Of a stretch of DNA of 64,000 bases, positions 37,907 through 51,131 are shown piece by piece. The notes below the pieces were generated by a model, which saw only the letters and a program-made list of their open reading frames with translations, made no database searches and was not told the DNA's origin. Origin of the DNA: Pholidichthys leucotaenia (Eukaryota). Every line of letters starts with the position of its first letter. Position 1 is the first letter of the stretch. The stretch covers positions 202,715,081 to 202,779,080 of the forward strand of contig CM035846.1 of the NCBI GenBank assembly GCA_020510985.1, given 5' to 3'. The translations under genes were made by a program, and so were the position numbers.

Positions 37907-38284
37907 GTGAGTTGACTTTTTTAGCCACTCCTGCAATGGTTGTTTTTCCAATGTTGGCCTTGAGATATGTGTGTGAAAGTTACGTATGTAGTCTGTATCC
38001 TAATAAAGAAACAGACAACAGGAAAGGTGATCAGTTTTGAAGAAATAAGATTACGTCGAGCAGAAATAAGCCTTTAGGAAAAATATAGCATGGCACTCCA
38101 TCTGTTAGTTCCTCCACATTTCACACCAATGGCTACTCTTTGAAGGGAATTACATGGATGCTTACCAAATTGTGCTCAAGGAAATGGTCAAAAGTCACAA
38201 GATATGATTGTGTCATCTTTCATCAAGTCTAGACTATATTATGTATGTATATCTGTAGAGAGTTAAGTGAAAGGCTTTTGGTGA

Positions 38285-38620
38285 CTTTGCTGGGTTCATC
38301 AGGCTGGAGCTCCTCTGCCATTGTGTGGTTCCTTTGTTCTCTGGGGCAGTAGTGACTCAGGAGGTGGAGCAGGTTGTCCAATAACCTGGGGGCTGGTGGT
38401 TCAAATCCCATTCTCCCCACCCTGCCGTTTTGTCCTTGGGCACTACACTTTACCTTGCCTCCAGTGTTCATTACACTGGTGTGTGAATGTGAATAAATGT
38501 TCTGTGGTGGTTGTAGAGGCCGATGGCAGATTGCCAGCTACATTTCCATCTGTCTGCCCCAGGGCAGCTGTGGCTACAGAAGTAGCTTACCATTACTATT
38601 GTCTGTGGAGTGAATGAAAA
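38285..38620 (+). mobile_element. tRNA-derived SINE copy
   Basis: Box-B-like tggtggttcaaatccc in a tRNA-like head. Confidence 0.5.
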
Positions 38621-40559
38621 ATGGACTCATTGTAAAGGCCCTGTCATACCTTGATGATTTAGGCAGCATTTGTCAACGCATCAAAATTGCCCTAAAATGC
38701 TGGCATACAGCCAAAATTTTCAATTTTGGGTGTATGCCAGCATTATATATATCACGATGGACATTTTCTGTAAATTCTATAGTTTATATATGATAACCAA
38801 CAAAAAGGACCATCTCTTTTTATACTTTTTAAATTATATACTGAAAAAATCAATTTTACAAATTCATCTGTCATTAATTTTATGTACTTTCCCCTCTTAA
38901 TTTTACGGTGTTATAAAACTGTTTTTAATGTGCGTTTGAGATGACTTCAACTTTATTCATTATTGCTACTTGACTAATTAAAAATTATTAGAAATCAAGT
39001 TACTGGAAAAGTGGATTCTAGAAGCGCTGAATAACGCGGATCTGCAGTCATCGGTCGTTTTAGAGAGAACTCACCGAATCGGCCCCCCGAGAGATAATAA
39101 GACACCACCGAGGACACTGATTATGAAGTTCCTCAACTACAGAGACAAGATGACAGTCACCAATGCGGTGCGAGCTAAAGGGGAAATTAAATACCAGGAC
39201 CAACAGGTGCGGTTCTACCCGGACTTGGCTACAGGAATACAACAATTGAGGAAACAGTTCGACCCGGCCCGCAAAGAGTTGCGCAACCTAGGGATTCGTC
39301 ACGGAGTAATTCATCCAACAAGACTGCTGGTCACATATAAGGGGAGAACCCACACCTTCAAGACCCCTCAAGAGGCACAGGAGCTCATCAACCAGATCCA
39401 AAAGGAAACTGGTGGGAGCTAAGCATAAACATGACAAAGGTAGAACATTTAAGCATTTGTACAGACATCTGATTGATCTGAAACATAAACATGTCTACAA
39501 AATACAGACTGTATTAAAAAAAAAAGTTATGATGTACAACGTTGATATAAAACTTTGAAGTGATGTTGAAAAAACTACAGAAGAGAGTTAATGTCATAAG
39601 AGTAGTAGTAGTGTCAGGGTGATTGAGAGGAGAAAGAGAGTGGTTTGACTGATCCTTGCAGGTGTGGAACAGTCACTAGCTATAACGGGAGACAGAATTT
39701 TTTGATTTTGGGGGGATTACCACGAATGTGGGGAAAGGGAATCTGTTTTTGTTTAGTTTGTAGGATGAATGTTCTATCATCCATGTTTTTGCTTCTCTGT
39801 AAAAGTATGTTCATATTGCAAGGTAATCTCAAACTCCTTATTGATCATAGATCAAAGCGTTAATCTTAATTTAACTTCATGGAATTGCAGAGGTCTACAA
39901 AATCTTAAACTTAAACAAGTCATGAATAAAATAAGACAGACTCAAAAATTGTATTTTTACAAGAAACTCATCTATTAGAGGAGGATGTAAAAAGAATTAG
40001 GAGAAGATGACAAGGTAACGTGTTCACCTCATCATTTTCATCCCGAGCTAGGGGAGTTATGATTCTTATACATAAAACAGTCCCATTTCAAACAAAAAGT
40101 GTAATTAGAGACAAATTTGGAAGATATCTAATTATCCAAGGATCTTTGTTATTAGAAAATATAAATCTGGTGAACTTATACGGCCCCAATATTGATGATC
40201 AAAACTTCTTTAATTTATTCCTCACTTTATCATCACTTACAGGGCAACATATAATAGCAGGGGGTTTTAATTGTCCATTGAATCCCAGTATAGATAGATC
40301 AACAGGACTGGACTGTATGCACAATGGATGTAGGATGACCATTAATCATTTTATGAAAGAATTGAGATTGCTAGATATATGGAGAGAAATGAAACCACAA
40401 GTCAAAGCCTATTCTTGTTATTCTAATACCTATAAGACATTCTCACGTATTGACTACTTTTTGATCTCTACAGAATTAAGGTCCAAGATTCAAAACTGTT
40501 TCTATGATAACATTGTGATCTCTGATCATGCACCCTGCTGTCTAGTATATGTAGATATA

Positions 40560-42677
40560 CAGGGATGGCAATTTTCCGCTGATCCGCAGATTTCCGCCGA
40601 TTTATTTTCAAATTGATCATTTCTGTGAATTGTCTAAATCCGTTGAGAAAATTTTAGGGGGGGTAAGGTACCTTATTGTTACCAATTTTAGCGAAAATCA
40701 ACACGATTACATAAGCGCTCGGCGCTTCCCCGGGTCAAGTCTCCCGCGATAACCCGGATGTTATGTACTCAAGCTACTGCTGTATTGTAAACAGCCCTGC
40801 AATTGGATAGTTGCAAACGATTGGACCAATCAAATGGCTTGTTGTATGCTTTGTCAAAAATTCATGGCGGCGTGTTTTCAGGGATGTGATTTTTCCGCTA
40901 ATTCGCCGAATTTTGCTTTTTTTTATCTTCCAGGAAGATAAAGTATGTTAAGTACGTTAGCGGCTTGTGGTCCACGAATGCAGTGAAGGTGTGCCCTTTC
41001 AGCCAGAACTGGAAGTGACGTATGGCCAGGTGGAGAGCCATTAACTCTGTTACTGGTGGCGTACAACGGCCGCATGAGCTGGGCTGCGCGGGGGAGGAAA
41101 CGGTTATAAAAGTTAACCATCCCTCAAAACTCCTGCAGCGCCCTGACATTGATGTTGAGGAGAAAAAAATAGCAAAACAATTTAGTTAGATTACTTTTAT
41201 GATTCCAAACAGTTTGAAATTGACAGTGCACAGTGGACATTGACTCATAACTTTTGAATATTTCTAAGACTTGGCTGCATCAGTGATTGTGCAAAATGAA
41301 CCGCTCAAGACTCAATGGAGATTGAAACTGGTGATCTGAAATGAATGCTGAAATTATAAAAAAATAATGGTATGAATGAATTTTATTTCTATTATGGAAT
41401 AGATAAAATTAACTGATTTTGATTTGATCAAGTTTTAAAGCATGTGATGGATAATACTTGTTGGAATATTTTAGGAATGCTATCTTCTTGGAACATAAGT
41501 CAATATTATACATTAATAAGTGGCATTCAGCTGTTTGTTTTATGTCATTTAAGCACAGTTCTGGTACTTAAAAATCATAAAAACCCAGGAGCTTCGGGGG
41601 GCAAAGCCCCCCTTGCCCCCCCCCACCCCCAGGGCTCTGCCCCAGACCCCGCTGGGGGATTGTGTCCCCCAGACCCCCTGCTGAATTTTCAGATAATTTC
41701 CCCAACCCCAAATCACATCCCTGGTTCGTGTTGGAATTCTGACCTTTCAGTATTGTTTTCAGTGAAATTATGAGATTTTTATCGAAGGATCAGGAGTCAT
41801 CAGTGCTAGAAATAGACAAAAGTGTCAAAAATAAGTTCCGATGGAATTGGCTTGAGAGAAAAGTGACGGTAAAGGTGAAAATTGGCTCAAAGTTCGACGA
41901 GGTAACAAACACTCAGTTTCTGAAGAAAACAGAAAAGGAGATGAAGTTCAAAGTTCAGAGACTGACACAGCTTGCTGCCAAAAGGAAGAAAGTTTCACAT
42001 TAGAAGTGACTTGGTGACCAGTGTAAACAGTGTAATAAACTCTTATAGAACTGTTAAATATGTTGGACTAAAGACAGTGAGACATCATTGAAGAAAAAGT
42101 AAATTAACTTTTCATTAAATTTAATGATTTATCTAAGTCTGCACGGTGGCGCAGTGGTTAGCACTGCGCCAGCACAGTTTACCCTTGGCCAGGGGATCGT
42201 GGGAATCGTGGGATCGTGGGTTCGATCCCAGCCCCCGACCAACAGTGATCTGTGTGGAGTTTGCATGTTCTCCCCGTGTATGCGTGGGTTTACCCCGGGA
42301 TTTCTCCGGTTTCCTCCCACATGCCAAAAACATGCAGTTTAGGTTAATTGGAGACTCTAAAGTGGCCCTAGGTGTGAATGTGTGTGTGAATGGTTAAGGG
42401 ATAGCGCCGTATCGTGGCTGCTTCATCCATCCAGGTGGTGGATGACCCTCAATTTCCCCTCTGGGGATCAATAAAGTATACTAAATCTAAAAAAAAAAAA
42501 AAAAAGTCTAGTATTTCATTTTTTTTAATCATTTTTTTTTTTTCAGTCTAAATTACTTCTGTTTTACTGAAAACCTCTCAGCTTCAGGGGGGCTGCGCCC
42601 CCCCCCCCAGCCCCCCCATAAGTCAATCGACCAAATTAGATTTCAGCTGAAATCAGAATTTCCTGTTGGCATCCCTG
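40560..42677. mobile_element. Unclassified 2.1-kb non-autonomous TIR element inserted in the endonuclease region of L1 copy C. Termini are cagggatggcaa... / ...ttggcatccctg. It carries a SINE and G/C-rich low-complexity tracts.
   Basis: The L1 ORF2 sequence is interrupted precisely here. The flanks gtagatata and agataagaaattgac correspond to contiguous sequence in copy B. Terminal ~12 bp are inverted-complementary. Confidence 0.55.
42124..42500 (+). mobile_element. tRNA-derived SINE of the widespread teleost family with the conserved core gtgatctgtgtggagtttgcatgttctccc...ggtttcctcccaca, ending in poly-A
   Basis: tRNA-like head ggtggcgcagtggttagcactg...gggttcgatccc. Near-identical copy at 53128-53530. 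Confidence 0.75.
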
Positions 42678-45600
42678 AGATAAGAAATTGACGAAGGGCC
42701 CAGTTAGGTGGCATTTTCAACATAAATGGCTTCAGGATGAGGAATTTGTTAAGTACATAGAAAAACAGATGAGTTCTTTGATACCAATACTACACAAACA
42801 GCGGCATGTATAAAGTGGGAGGCTTTCAAAGCTTTTATTAGGGGACATATTAGTTATACAGGTTCAAAATCTAAGAAGACCCAAGAGGAGAGAGTCCAGT
42901 TGGAACGTAAAATAAAAATTCTTCAAGAAAAGGTGTATGCAGGAAGTAACCCACAGTTAGAGAAAGAATTACTGATTCTGAGAGCTGAATATGACAAAAA
43001 ATCAGCGAATAGAGCTGCCTCGAGTCTTCTAAGATTGAAGCAAACTTTTTATGAACAAAAATCTGGCATGGCAGATTAAACAATTAGAATCTAAAACACC
43101 AATTACCAGTATTATAAGTAACGGACAGGTAGTTATAGATCCTTTAGAAATTAATAGAGCCTTTAGAGATTATGAAAAACTATGATACAAAAAAATGAAA
43201 CTGACTTAACAAAACTAAATGGGTTTTTGGGGGGATTATCCATACCAGGTATTCCAAATGAAAACAGGGAGATACTGGAGTCTAAAATTAGTCAAGAAGA
43301 AGTTGGGCAAGCCATTGATAATATGAAATCAGGAAAAAGAGCAGGACCAGATGGTCTTCCAGTTGACCTCTATAAAAAATTTAAGAATAAATTAATAAAA
43401 CCACTTTTGGAAATGGTTTTAGAAGCATTTCAAAATAGTAATTTACCACCATACATGAATAATGCCTTAATTATACTGTTGCCAAAACCAGGTAAACCCT
43501 CTAATAAATGTGAAAACATGAGACTACAAGAAATATTACCAAATATTATTAACCGAGATCAGAATGGCTTTATAATGGGAAGACAAGGCTTCCATAATGT
43601 AAGAAGACTATTTAATATTATTTATTCCAATAAAGAAGCACCGGATACAGCTCTCTTATCATTGGACGCCAAAAAGGCCTTTGATAGGGTCGAATGGCCC
43701 TTTCTTTTTGAAGTCCTACAAAGGTTTGGACTTGGAAATAATTTCATAAAATGGGTCCAGATAATATACAATAATGCTACAGCAGAAATCCTAACAAACA
43801 GCAATATCTCAAAATCAATAAAAATCAATAGAGAATGTCAACAAGGCTGTGCACTTTCACCTTTATTGTTTACTATGGCAGTTGAACCTTTAGCGATGGC
43901 AGTACGTTTACATCCACAAATATATGGAATTAAAGTAGGACCAACAGAACATAAAATCTCCCTGTATGCCGATGACATAATTGTTTGTCGAATTTTAAAA
44001 AAATCAATTCCGACCTTGTTAAATTTAATAAAGAACTTTGGGGATATATCAGGATATAAAATAAACAAAACAAAATCTTCAATATTAATGTTAAATGAGA
44101 CCCAGAGAAATCATCCATCTCCTGAGGTAAACCAATTAAATGTTGTAGATCAGTTTAAATATTTAGGAATTCAAATTTTTCCTAAGCTAGAATCAGTCAC
44201 CAATGCCAACTATGAAGCCTTAATGACAGATATTGAGTTGCTTCAGAGATGGATGTCACTACCAATGTCGATGATCGGGAGAATTAATATGCTTAAAAGT
44301 AATATCTTACCAAAAATACTTTATTTATTTCAAAACATTCCTTTACCACCACCTTCAGATCTATTCTCAAGAATTAAAAAAAGTTAGTGTAATTTATATG
44401 GAACAATAAGAAGGCTAGATTACGTTTGTCCTTACTATATTTACCATTTGATCGTGGAGGTCTGAAATGTCCAAACTTTATGTTGTATTACTGGTCAGCA
44501 CAGCTGAGGTCTGACATATTATTTTTCATCAAATGATCCTCCTCACTGGACTGAAATGGAATCATACAATTTACCTTTACCTCTTCCCTTATTCATATAC
44601 TCAGACTCGGCTAAAAAATTACAGAAACAAGTTAAAAATCCAATTGTAAAGCACATGATCAAAATGTGGTGTGAAACTAAAAAATATTTAAAAGAACCAC
44701 ACTCACTGTCACAATTTAGCCCAATATGGGGTAATCAATATTTTACACCAGGGAGAGCAGATACTGTATTTAAAGTATGGAATTTAAAAGGGATTCAAAA
44801 GATTCAAGACATATTTGTCACGCTCGGATAACATAATGTCTTTTGAAGAACTGAGGATTAAATTCAATCTTAATAGAACACACTTTATTAAATATCTTCA
44901 GCTTAGAAATTTTATTCGTTCAAATCAAAATAATGCTCTCACCCGACCTACTTATTCATCTTTGGAAAAAATTTTGATGAAAAATAGTAAGAGAAAGGGT
45001 ATTATTTCAGAGTTTTATAACTCATTGACACTATTCTCAAGTGAAAACTCACAGAAAAGACTGAATGACTGGAAAGAAGACCTGCAAATTGAAATTTCAG
45101 AGGAACAATGGGAAATGGCTTGTGCAGGAGCTCATACCAAATCAATAAATGTACATCTTAAACTGAAACATTTTAAATGGTTAATGCAGATGTATGTTAC
45201 ACCAGTGGAATTAAATAGATATAACAAAAACATACCAGATACACGCACAAAATGTATGGAAAGTAAAGGAACCCTATTTCACTGTTTATGGGAATGTAGA
45301 AAAATCCGAATGTTTTGGGAAGAGGTGAGGGTAACAATTGAAAAAATAATTTCAAAACAATTCACATTGAACCCTAAACTGTTTTTGTTGGGTCTGTATC
45401 CAAAAAAACACAACTTTAATAAGAGTGAAAGAGCATTCATAGACCTCGGTTTGCTTAATGCCAAAAAATGTATTGCACTACTGTGGAAAAAGACTCATAG
45501 ACCAGATGTGACTCAGTGGTTAAGACAGATGCTAACAAACCTTCCACTAGAAAGAATAACATATATACTGAAATCAAAGGAAAATGTGTTTGAGAATATA

Positions 45601-45706
45601 TGGAGACCTTTCATTGATTATGTAAAGAAATTAAACATAACTTCTGAAGAAGAAGGTGAATGATATGTGTGGACCTTGCAAATTCCAAGCTGGTGAATGT
45701 ATATTA

Positions 45707-46931
45707 TACACTCACCGGCCACTTTATTAGGTACACCTGTCCAACTGCTCGTTAACACTTAATTTCTAATCAGCCAATCACATGGTGGCAACTCAGTGCA
45801 TTTAGGCATGTAGACATGGTCAAGACAATCTCCTGCAGTTCAAACCGAGCATCAGTATGGGGAAGAAAGGTGATTTGAGTGACTTTGAACGTGGCATGGT
45901 TGTTGGTGCCAGAAGGGCTGGTCTGAGTATTTCAGAAACTGCTGATCTACTGGGATTTTCACGCACAACCATCTCTAGGGTTTACAGAGAATGGTCCGAA
46001 AAAGAAAAAATATCCAGTGAGCGGCAGTTCTGTGGGCGGAAATGCCTTGTTGATGCCAGAGGTCAGAGGAGAATGGCCAGACTGGTTCGAGCTGATAGAA
46101 AGGCAACAGTGACTCAAATAACCACCCGTTACAACCAAGGTAGGCAGAAGAGCATCTCTGAACGCACAGTACGTCGAACTTTGAGGCAGATGGGCTACAG
46201 CAGCAGAAGACCACGCCGGGTGCCACTCCTTTCAGCTAAGAACAGGAAACTGAGGCTACAATTTGCACAAGCTCATCGAAATTGGACAATAGAAGATTGG
46301 AAAAACGTTGCCTGGTCTGATGAGTCTCGATTTCTGCTGCGACATTCGGATGGTAGGGTCAGAATTTGGCGTCAACAACATGAAAGCATGGATCCATCCT
46401 GCCTTGTATCAATGGTTCAGGCTGGTGGTGGTGGTGTAATGGTGTGGGGAATATTTTCTTGGCACTCTTTGGGCCCCTTGGTACCAATTGAGCATCGTTG
46501 CAACGCTACAGCCTACCTGAGTATTGTTGCTGACCATGTCCATCCCTTTATGACCACAATGTACCCAACTTCTGATGGCTACTTTCAGCAGGATAATGCG
46601 CCATGTCATAAAGCTGGAATCATCTCAGACTGGTTTCTTGAACATGACAATGAGTTCACTGTACTCAAATGGCCTCCACAGTCACCAGATCTCAATCCAA
46701 TAGAGCATCTTTGGGATGTGGTGGAACGGGAGATTCGCATCATGGATGTGCAGCCGACAAATCAGCGCCAACTGTGTGATGCCATCATGTCAATATGGAC
46801 CAAACTCTCTGAGGAATGCTTCCAGCACCTTGTTGCATCTATGCCACGAAGAATTGAGGCAGTTCTGAAGGCAAAAGGGGGTCCAACCCGTTACTAGCAT
46901 GGTGTACCTAATAAAGTGGCCGGTGAGTGTA
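45707..46931 (+). mobile_element. Tc1-like DNA transposon (~1.2 kb) with ~30-bp TIRs tacactcaccggccactttattaggtacacc and an intact transposase ORF. It is inserted at a TA in the 3' UTR of L1 copy C.
   Basis: TIRs read at both ends. The L1 3' UTR sequence continues on either side. The internal 346-aa ORF is complete. Confidence 0.85.
45857..46897 (+). CDS. Tc1/mariner-family DDE transposase (346 aa), apparently intact, with N-terminal paired-like HTH and a D,D,E triad (SDESRF / QQDNAPCH / NPIEHLWD)
   Basis: Uninterrupted ORF with canonical Tc1 motifs, bounded by the element TIRs. Confidence 0.85.
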   Translation: MGKKGDLSDFERGMVVGARRAGLSISETADLLGFSRTTISRVYREWSEKEKISSERQFCGRKCLVDARGQRRMARLVRADRKATVTQITTRYNQGRQKSISERTVRRTLRQMGYSSRRPRRVPLLSAKNRKLRLQFAQAHRNWTIEDWKNVAWSDESRFLLRHSDGRVRIWRQQHESMDPSCLVSMVQAGGGGVMVWGIFSWHSLGPLVPIEHRCNATAYLSIVADHVHPFMTTMYPTSDGYFQQDNAPCHKAGIISDWFLEHDNEFTVLKWPPQSPDLNPIEHLWDVVEREIRIMDVQPTNQRQLCDAIMSIWTKLSEECFQHLVASMPRRIEAVLKAKGGPTRY

Positions 46932-47249
46932 TATTCTTATGTAATAGATTACCTAGACTAAACAGAGGAGCATTGTTGTTGACTTGTGTTTGTTAATGGC
47001 TGTTGTTTTTATTACACTTTTTTTTGTTATTGTTCTTTTTAATTTTTAAATTACTTTTGTGTTCGTGTCTGACTGTGTGCTTTGTTTGTAAAAAAAAAAA
47101 AAAAAGTTCAATAAAAAATTGTGGGAAAAAAAAAGAAATCAAGTTACACTAAGAGCCAGTTCTCCAACACGTTTTAATTAATTTATTTATTTAGTGTGTA
47201 TATGGCCACTGTCATGCACTTATGCAGCTTTAGTAATATTTTTTATTCA

Positions 47250-47990
47250 GTGATTTAGATGGTATGAATGTGACTTACCTCCAGTTAAAATGAGATTAGA
47301 GGACTGTCCTCTCTGATGCAGCATGGTGGGGAAAAAGTCCCACATCCCTGGCACAGAAGTAGGGGTTCCACAGAAGTAGTGGCAAAACATTAGCTTGCTG
47401 TTAGCAGCTGTGGCACTAACCACCAGAACCCACCTGGTACACTGCGGGGGAGAGGTAGAATTCAATTCAACTTTGAATCTCATAGCACTATCAACTGTAG
47501 GGGGAACCCCCACAGTTGCAGAAAGACCCCAGCAATCAGGCGATCCCCTGTGAGCAAGCACTTGGCGACGGTGGAGAGGAAAAACTCCCTTTTAACAGGA
47601 AGAAACCTCCAGCAGAACCAGGCTCAGGGAGGGGCAGTCATCTGCTGTGACTGGCTGGGGGGTGAGGGGATAGAGAAGAAGAAAAGAACAGACATGTAGA
47701 GAGCAAACAGCACGATGGGGACTCAATTTATGGGAGAGAACAAACAAATGTTAATGACCAGCAAAAAAATATTTCATTGAGAGTGAGAAAAGGAGTGAGG
47801 CCCAGTGCATTACTGGAGGTCCCCCGGCTGACTAAACCTATTAGCAGCATAACTAAGGGAGGGTTCAGAAACACATGATCCCTCCCTAATTGTAGGCTAT
47901 ATCAAAAAGGTAGGTTTTAGCCCTATTCTTAAAAACAGAGATCAAGTCTGACTCCCGAATCCAGATTGGATTAGAAACGGGGTCTGTGTC
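47250..47990 (+). repeat. Unclassified dispersed repeat; its 3' ~400 bp match 13920-14330
   Basis: Direct alignment of ggaagaaacctccagcagaaccaggctcagggaggggcagtcatctgctgtgactggctggggggtgaggggatagag... with the 13.9-kb copy. Confidence 0.55.
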
Positions 47991-48289
47991 CCGATATAAA
48001 CGATGGTTTTGTCAAACAATAGACTCTTTTTTTTAATTGCATCACTGATACACACTACTCAAAAAAGTTAGGGATATTCGACTTTTAGGTAAAATTTCAG
48101 GATGAACCTAAAATGCACTATGACCTTTGCAGATTAACTTAATTTGACCTTCTCTAACCTTTTGAATGCGCATGTCCAAATGTTCAATGCTTCAGTGCTT
48201 TTTGCATAACTTGCTGTTTTCTAACAAAGTGCTTAACAGCAAAATTCACAACAGGTGTTTGATCCATGAATTGACCAATAAATTTTCTG

Positions 48290-49330
48290 GTTCAGTTAGA
48301 CCAATCTCTATACGACTGCTGTGAGAGTTTGGTTCGTATTGCAAACACTTGATCGGATTCACTCCTAGTGAGAGTTGGACTCCGCCAGGGCTGCCCTTTG
48401 TCACCAGTCCTATTCATAATTTTTATGGACAGGATTTCTAGGCGCAGTCGAGGGACGGAGGGTGTCATGCTTGGTGACCACAGGATCTCATCTCTGCTGT
48501 TTGCAGATGATGTTGTCCTATTACCTTCATCCATCAATGACCTACAGGTCTTACTGGGATGGTTTGCTGCTGAGTGTGAAGCGGCTGGGATGAGAATCTG
48601 CACCGCCGAGTCCATGGTCATCAGCCGGAAAAAGGTGGATTGTCCTCTCTGGGTTGGGGACAGGCTCCTGCCCCAAGTGGAGGAGTTTAAGTATCTCGGG
48701 GTCTTATTCATGAGTGAGGGGAGAATGGAGTGAGAGATTGACAGACGGATCGGAGCAGCATCTGCAGTGATGAGGATGTTGTACCGGTCTGTTGTGGTGA
48801 AGAGGGAGCTGAGCTTTAAGGCAAAGCTGTCAATTTTTATCGGTCAATCACGTTCCTACTCTCACCTATGGTCATGAGCTTAGAATAATTACTGAAATAA
48901 TGAGATTGTGGATACAAGCGGCTGAAATGAGCTTTCTCTGTAAGATTGCTGGACTCACCCTTAGAGATAGGGTGAGGAGCTCAGTTATCCGGGAGAGGCT
49001 TAGAGTAGAACCACTGCTCATCCACATTGAAGGGAGCCAGTCGAGGTGGTTCGGTCATCTGATGAGGATGCCTCCTGTACGCCTCCCACTTGAGGTGTTT
49101 CGAGCACGTCCCACTGGGAGGAGATCCCAGGGCAGACCCAGGACTCGCTGGAGAGACTACGCCTCCCAGCTGGTCTGGGAATGCCTTAGTATCCTCTCTG
49201 AAGAGCTGGAACAGGTGGTTGGGGAGAAGGAAATCAGGGCTTCTCTGCTTGAACTGCTGCCTCCGTGACTCGGACCTCCAGAAAAGTGGTAGAAGATGGA
49301 TGGATGGAATTAGAATTGGTATTTAAACAT
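48290..49330 (+). mobile_element. 5'-truncated non-LTR retrotransposon fragment (CR1/L2/Rex-like), comprising RT C-terminal motifs and the 3' domain
   Basis: Frameshifted ORFs 48368..48733 ([19 protein letters not shown]...FADDVVLL) and 48900..49268 (...RWFGHLMRMP...GRPRTRWRDY). Confidence 0.7.
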
Positions 49331-49374
49331 TCTTCTTCATCATGCTGTTCACATTTTGACGTCATGAGACCAAG

Positions 49375-49640
49375 ACAATTGATCAAAAGTTGGGGTGGCT
49401 GTGGCGCAGGTATAGTGTGGCCGACTACTGATCGGAGGGTCAGGGGTTCGATTCCCGCTCTGTCTGCAGTCTGCATGTCAAAGTGTCCTTTAGCAAGACA
49501 CTGAACCCCCAGTTGCTCCTGGTGGTCAGGCTAACGCCTCTGTGTGTATGACAGTCCTGCTGCCATCAGTGTGTGAATGTGTTCATGAATGGGTGGATAG
49601 CAGGATCTGTAAAGTGCTTTGGTCATCCAGAGTTGAGAAA
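49375..49640 (+). mobile_element. tRNA-derived SINE copy
   Basis: ggggtggctgtggcgcaggtatagtg...gtcaggggttcgattcc tRNA-like head. Confidence 0.55.
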
Positions 49641-49749
49641 AAGCATTATATAAGTGAACGCCATCAACAGTACCTCACCACTGCGAGGCTTCAAACATGA
49701 TGTTCTCAGAGGGGAGTGACCACTGAGTTTAGAGTGTCGGAGTGTCATC

Positions 49750-50925
49750 AGCAGGTTGCAACAGAGAGAGAGAGAGACTAAAAAAGTCACAGAAAGGCAT
49801 AGAAGTGGATGTCCTTTGGCCACATCCTACGCTGATGACTGCTTCATTGTGAAGAGTGCCCTATGGAGCCGGATGATGAATGCCACTCAACTCCAGGCAC
49901 ATTTAAGGGAGGTGAGAGGCACCCAAGTATCACGTCAGACCATTCAAAACTGTTTACATCAGTGTGGTCTGCGTGCTAGATGACCTGCAAGGGTACCTGA
50001 CAACACCACCAGGCACAGGCGTCATCATCTTGCATGGGCCAGGGAGCATTTGGCGGGCAGTGGTGGCCTAATGGTTAGGGATGTGGACTGGTGAGTGGAG
50101 GGTCACGGGCTCAATCCCTGGGCTGGCAGAATTAGATTGGGTGGGACAGAGAGCATAGGAGTGTTTTCCCCACCCTCCTTAATCCCACTGTGGTGCCCTT
50201 GAGCAAGGCCCTTAACTCCAGCTGCTCCAGTAGAGTTGCTCAGTGGCCACAGGCCAGCCTGTGGTTATACTGTGCAGCTTCCTGTTGTGAATGTGTAACT
50301 GTGTGAGTGTGAACAGGGCATCCTTGAAAAAGAGAGGTTTCCTCTCAATGGAACTACCCTGTATAAATAAAGATTACATAAAAAATGTTAAAAAAAAATT
50401 ATCCTGGACAAGGGACCAGTGGGCTTCAATGCTGCTCTCTGATAAGTTGATTCATGTTGAGCAGAAATGATGTTGGAGACGTCATGGAGAGCGCTATGTA
50501 TCAGCCACTGTTGTCACCAGATGAGCCTTTGGTGGTGGTGGTGGTGTTACAGTCTGGGCAGGTGTGTCTAGTCAATACAGAACTGCCCTACACGTTGTGA
50601 ATGGTTGCGTGACAAGCCATTACTACCTGAATAAAATCATTAATCCAGTCATTGTGCCCCTGCGTGAGCATCATTAGGGAACGGCTGCTGGAAGCTGGGG
50701 TACCTCAAATGGAGTGGCCTGCACTTTCTCCATACCTGAATCCCATAGAAAACCTATGGGATCAATTGATTCGCCGTGTAGAGGCTCAATGACATAAGGG
50801 CTGCCCTTCAAGAAGAGTGTAATGCCATGCCTTGGCAGACAATAAGTTGAATTGTGAACAGTATGAAGCATCGTTGTTGAGCTGTAATTGATGCTTATGG
50901 GCAACATGACAAGTTATTGAGACTG
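49750..50925 (+). mobile_element. Tc1-like transposase remnant (frameshifted) carrying a nested SINE at 50045-50345. It is truncated by the LTR element that follows.
   Basis: HTH fragment at 49756..49983 (RQTIQNCLHQCGLRAR). DDE C-terminal fragment at 50640-50800 (PYLNPIENLWDQL). The SINE head reads ggcgggcagtggtggcctaatggttagg...gggctcaatccc. Confidence 0.6.
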
Positions 50926-51131
50926 TAATGTATTGTTGTGAGTTTGCATTTTTGGTCCGGGCTTCCGTAGCTGCCGATTCCTACATGTTTGTCCCTGACT
51001 GCACCTTGTACCTGCTCTGCGCGGTTGCAATAAAAAAGGCTATTGCTAGTATGCTAGTCTCGTTGCTGTAGCTCAACTACATTAAATACTAAATAAGTAC
51101 ATTACCTGGTGTCAGAAGTCTGTCAAGAACG

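Larger units (their letters stand above)
39004..47134 (+). pseudogene. Older 5'-truncated L1 (Tx1-like) copy C. It has a partial ORF1, an ORF2 with internal deletions and frameshifts, and two nested insertions. It is flanked by a 13-14-bp TSD (a)gaaatcaagttac at 38990-39003 and 47134-47147.
   Basis: ORF fragments at 39123..39422 (ORF1 C-terminus), 40020..40616 (endonuclease), 43182..44387 (RT) and 44815..45663 (C-terminus) are collinear with copy B at ~85-90% aa identity. Poly-A at 47088-47134. Confidence 0.85.

Noticed and set aside
41444-42003. Two ORFs (109 and 77 aa) inside the nested 2.1-kb TIR element
   Set aside because: The first is translated from a G/C homopolymer-rich low-complexity stretch (poly-Pro/Gly). 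The second is Lys-rich with no transposase motifs. There is no evidence either is functional.
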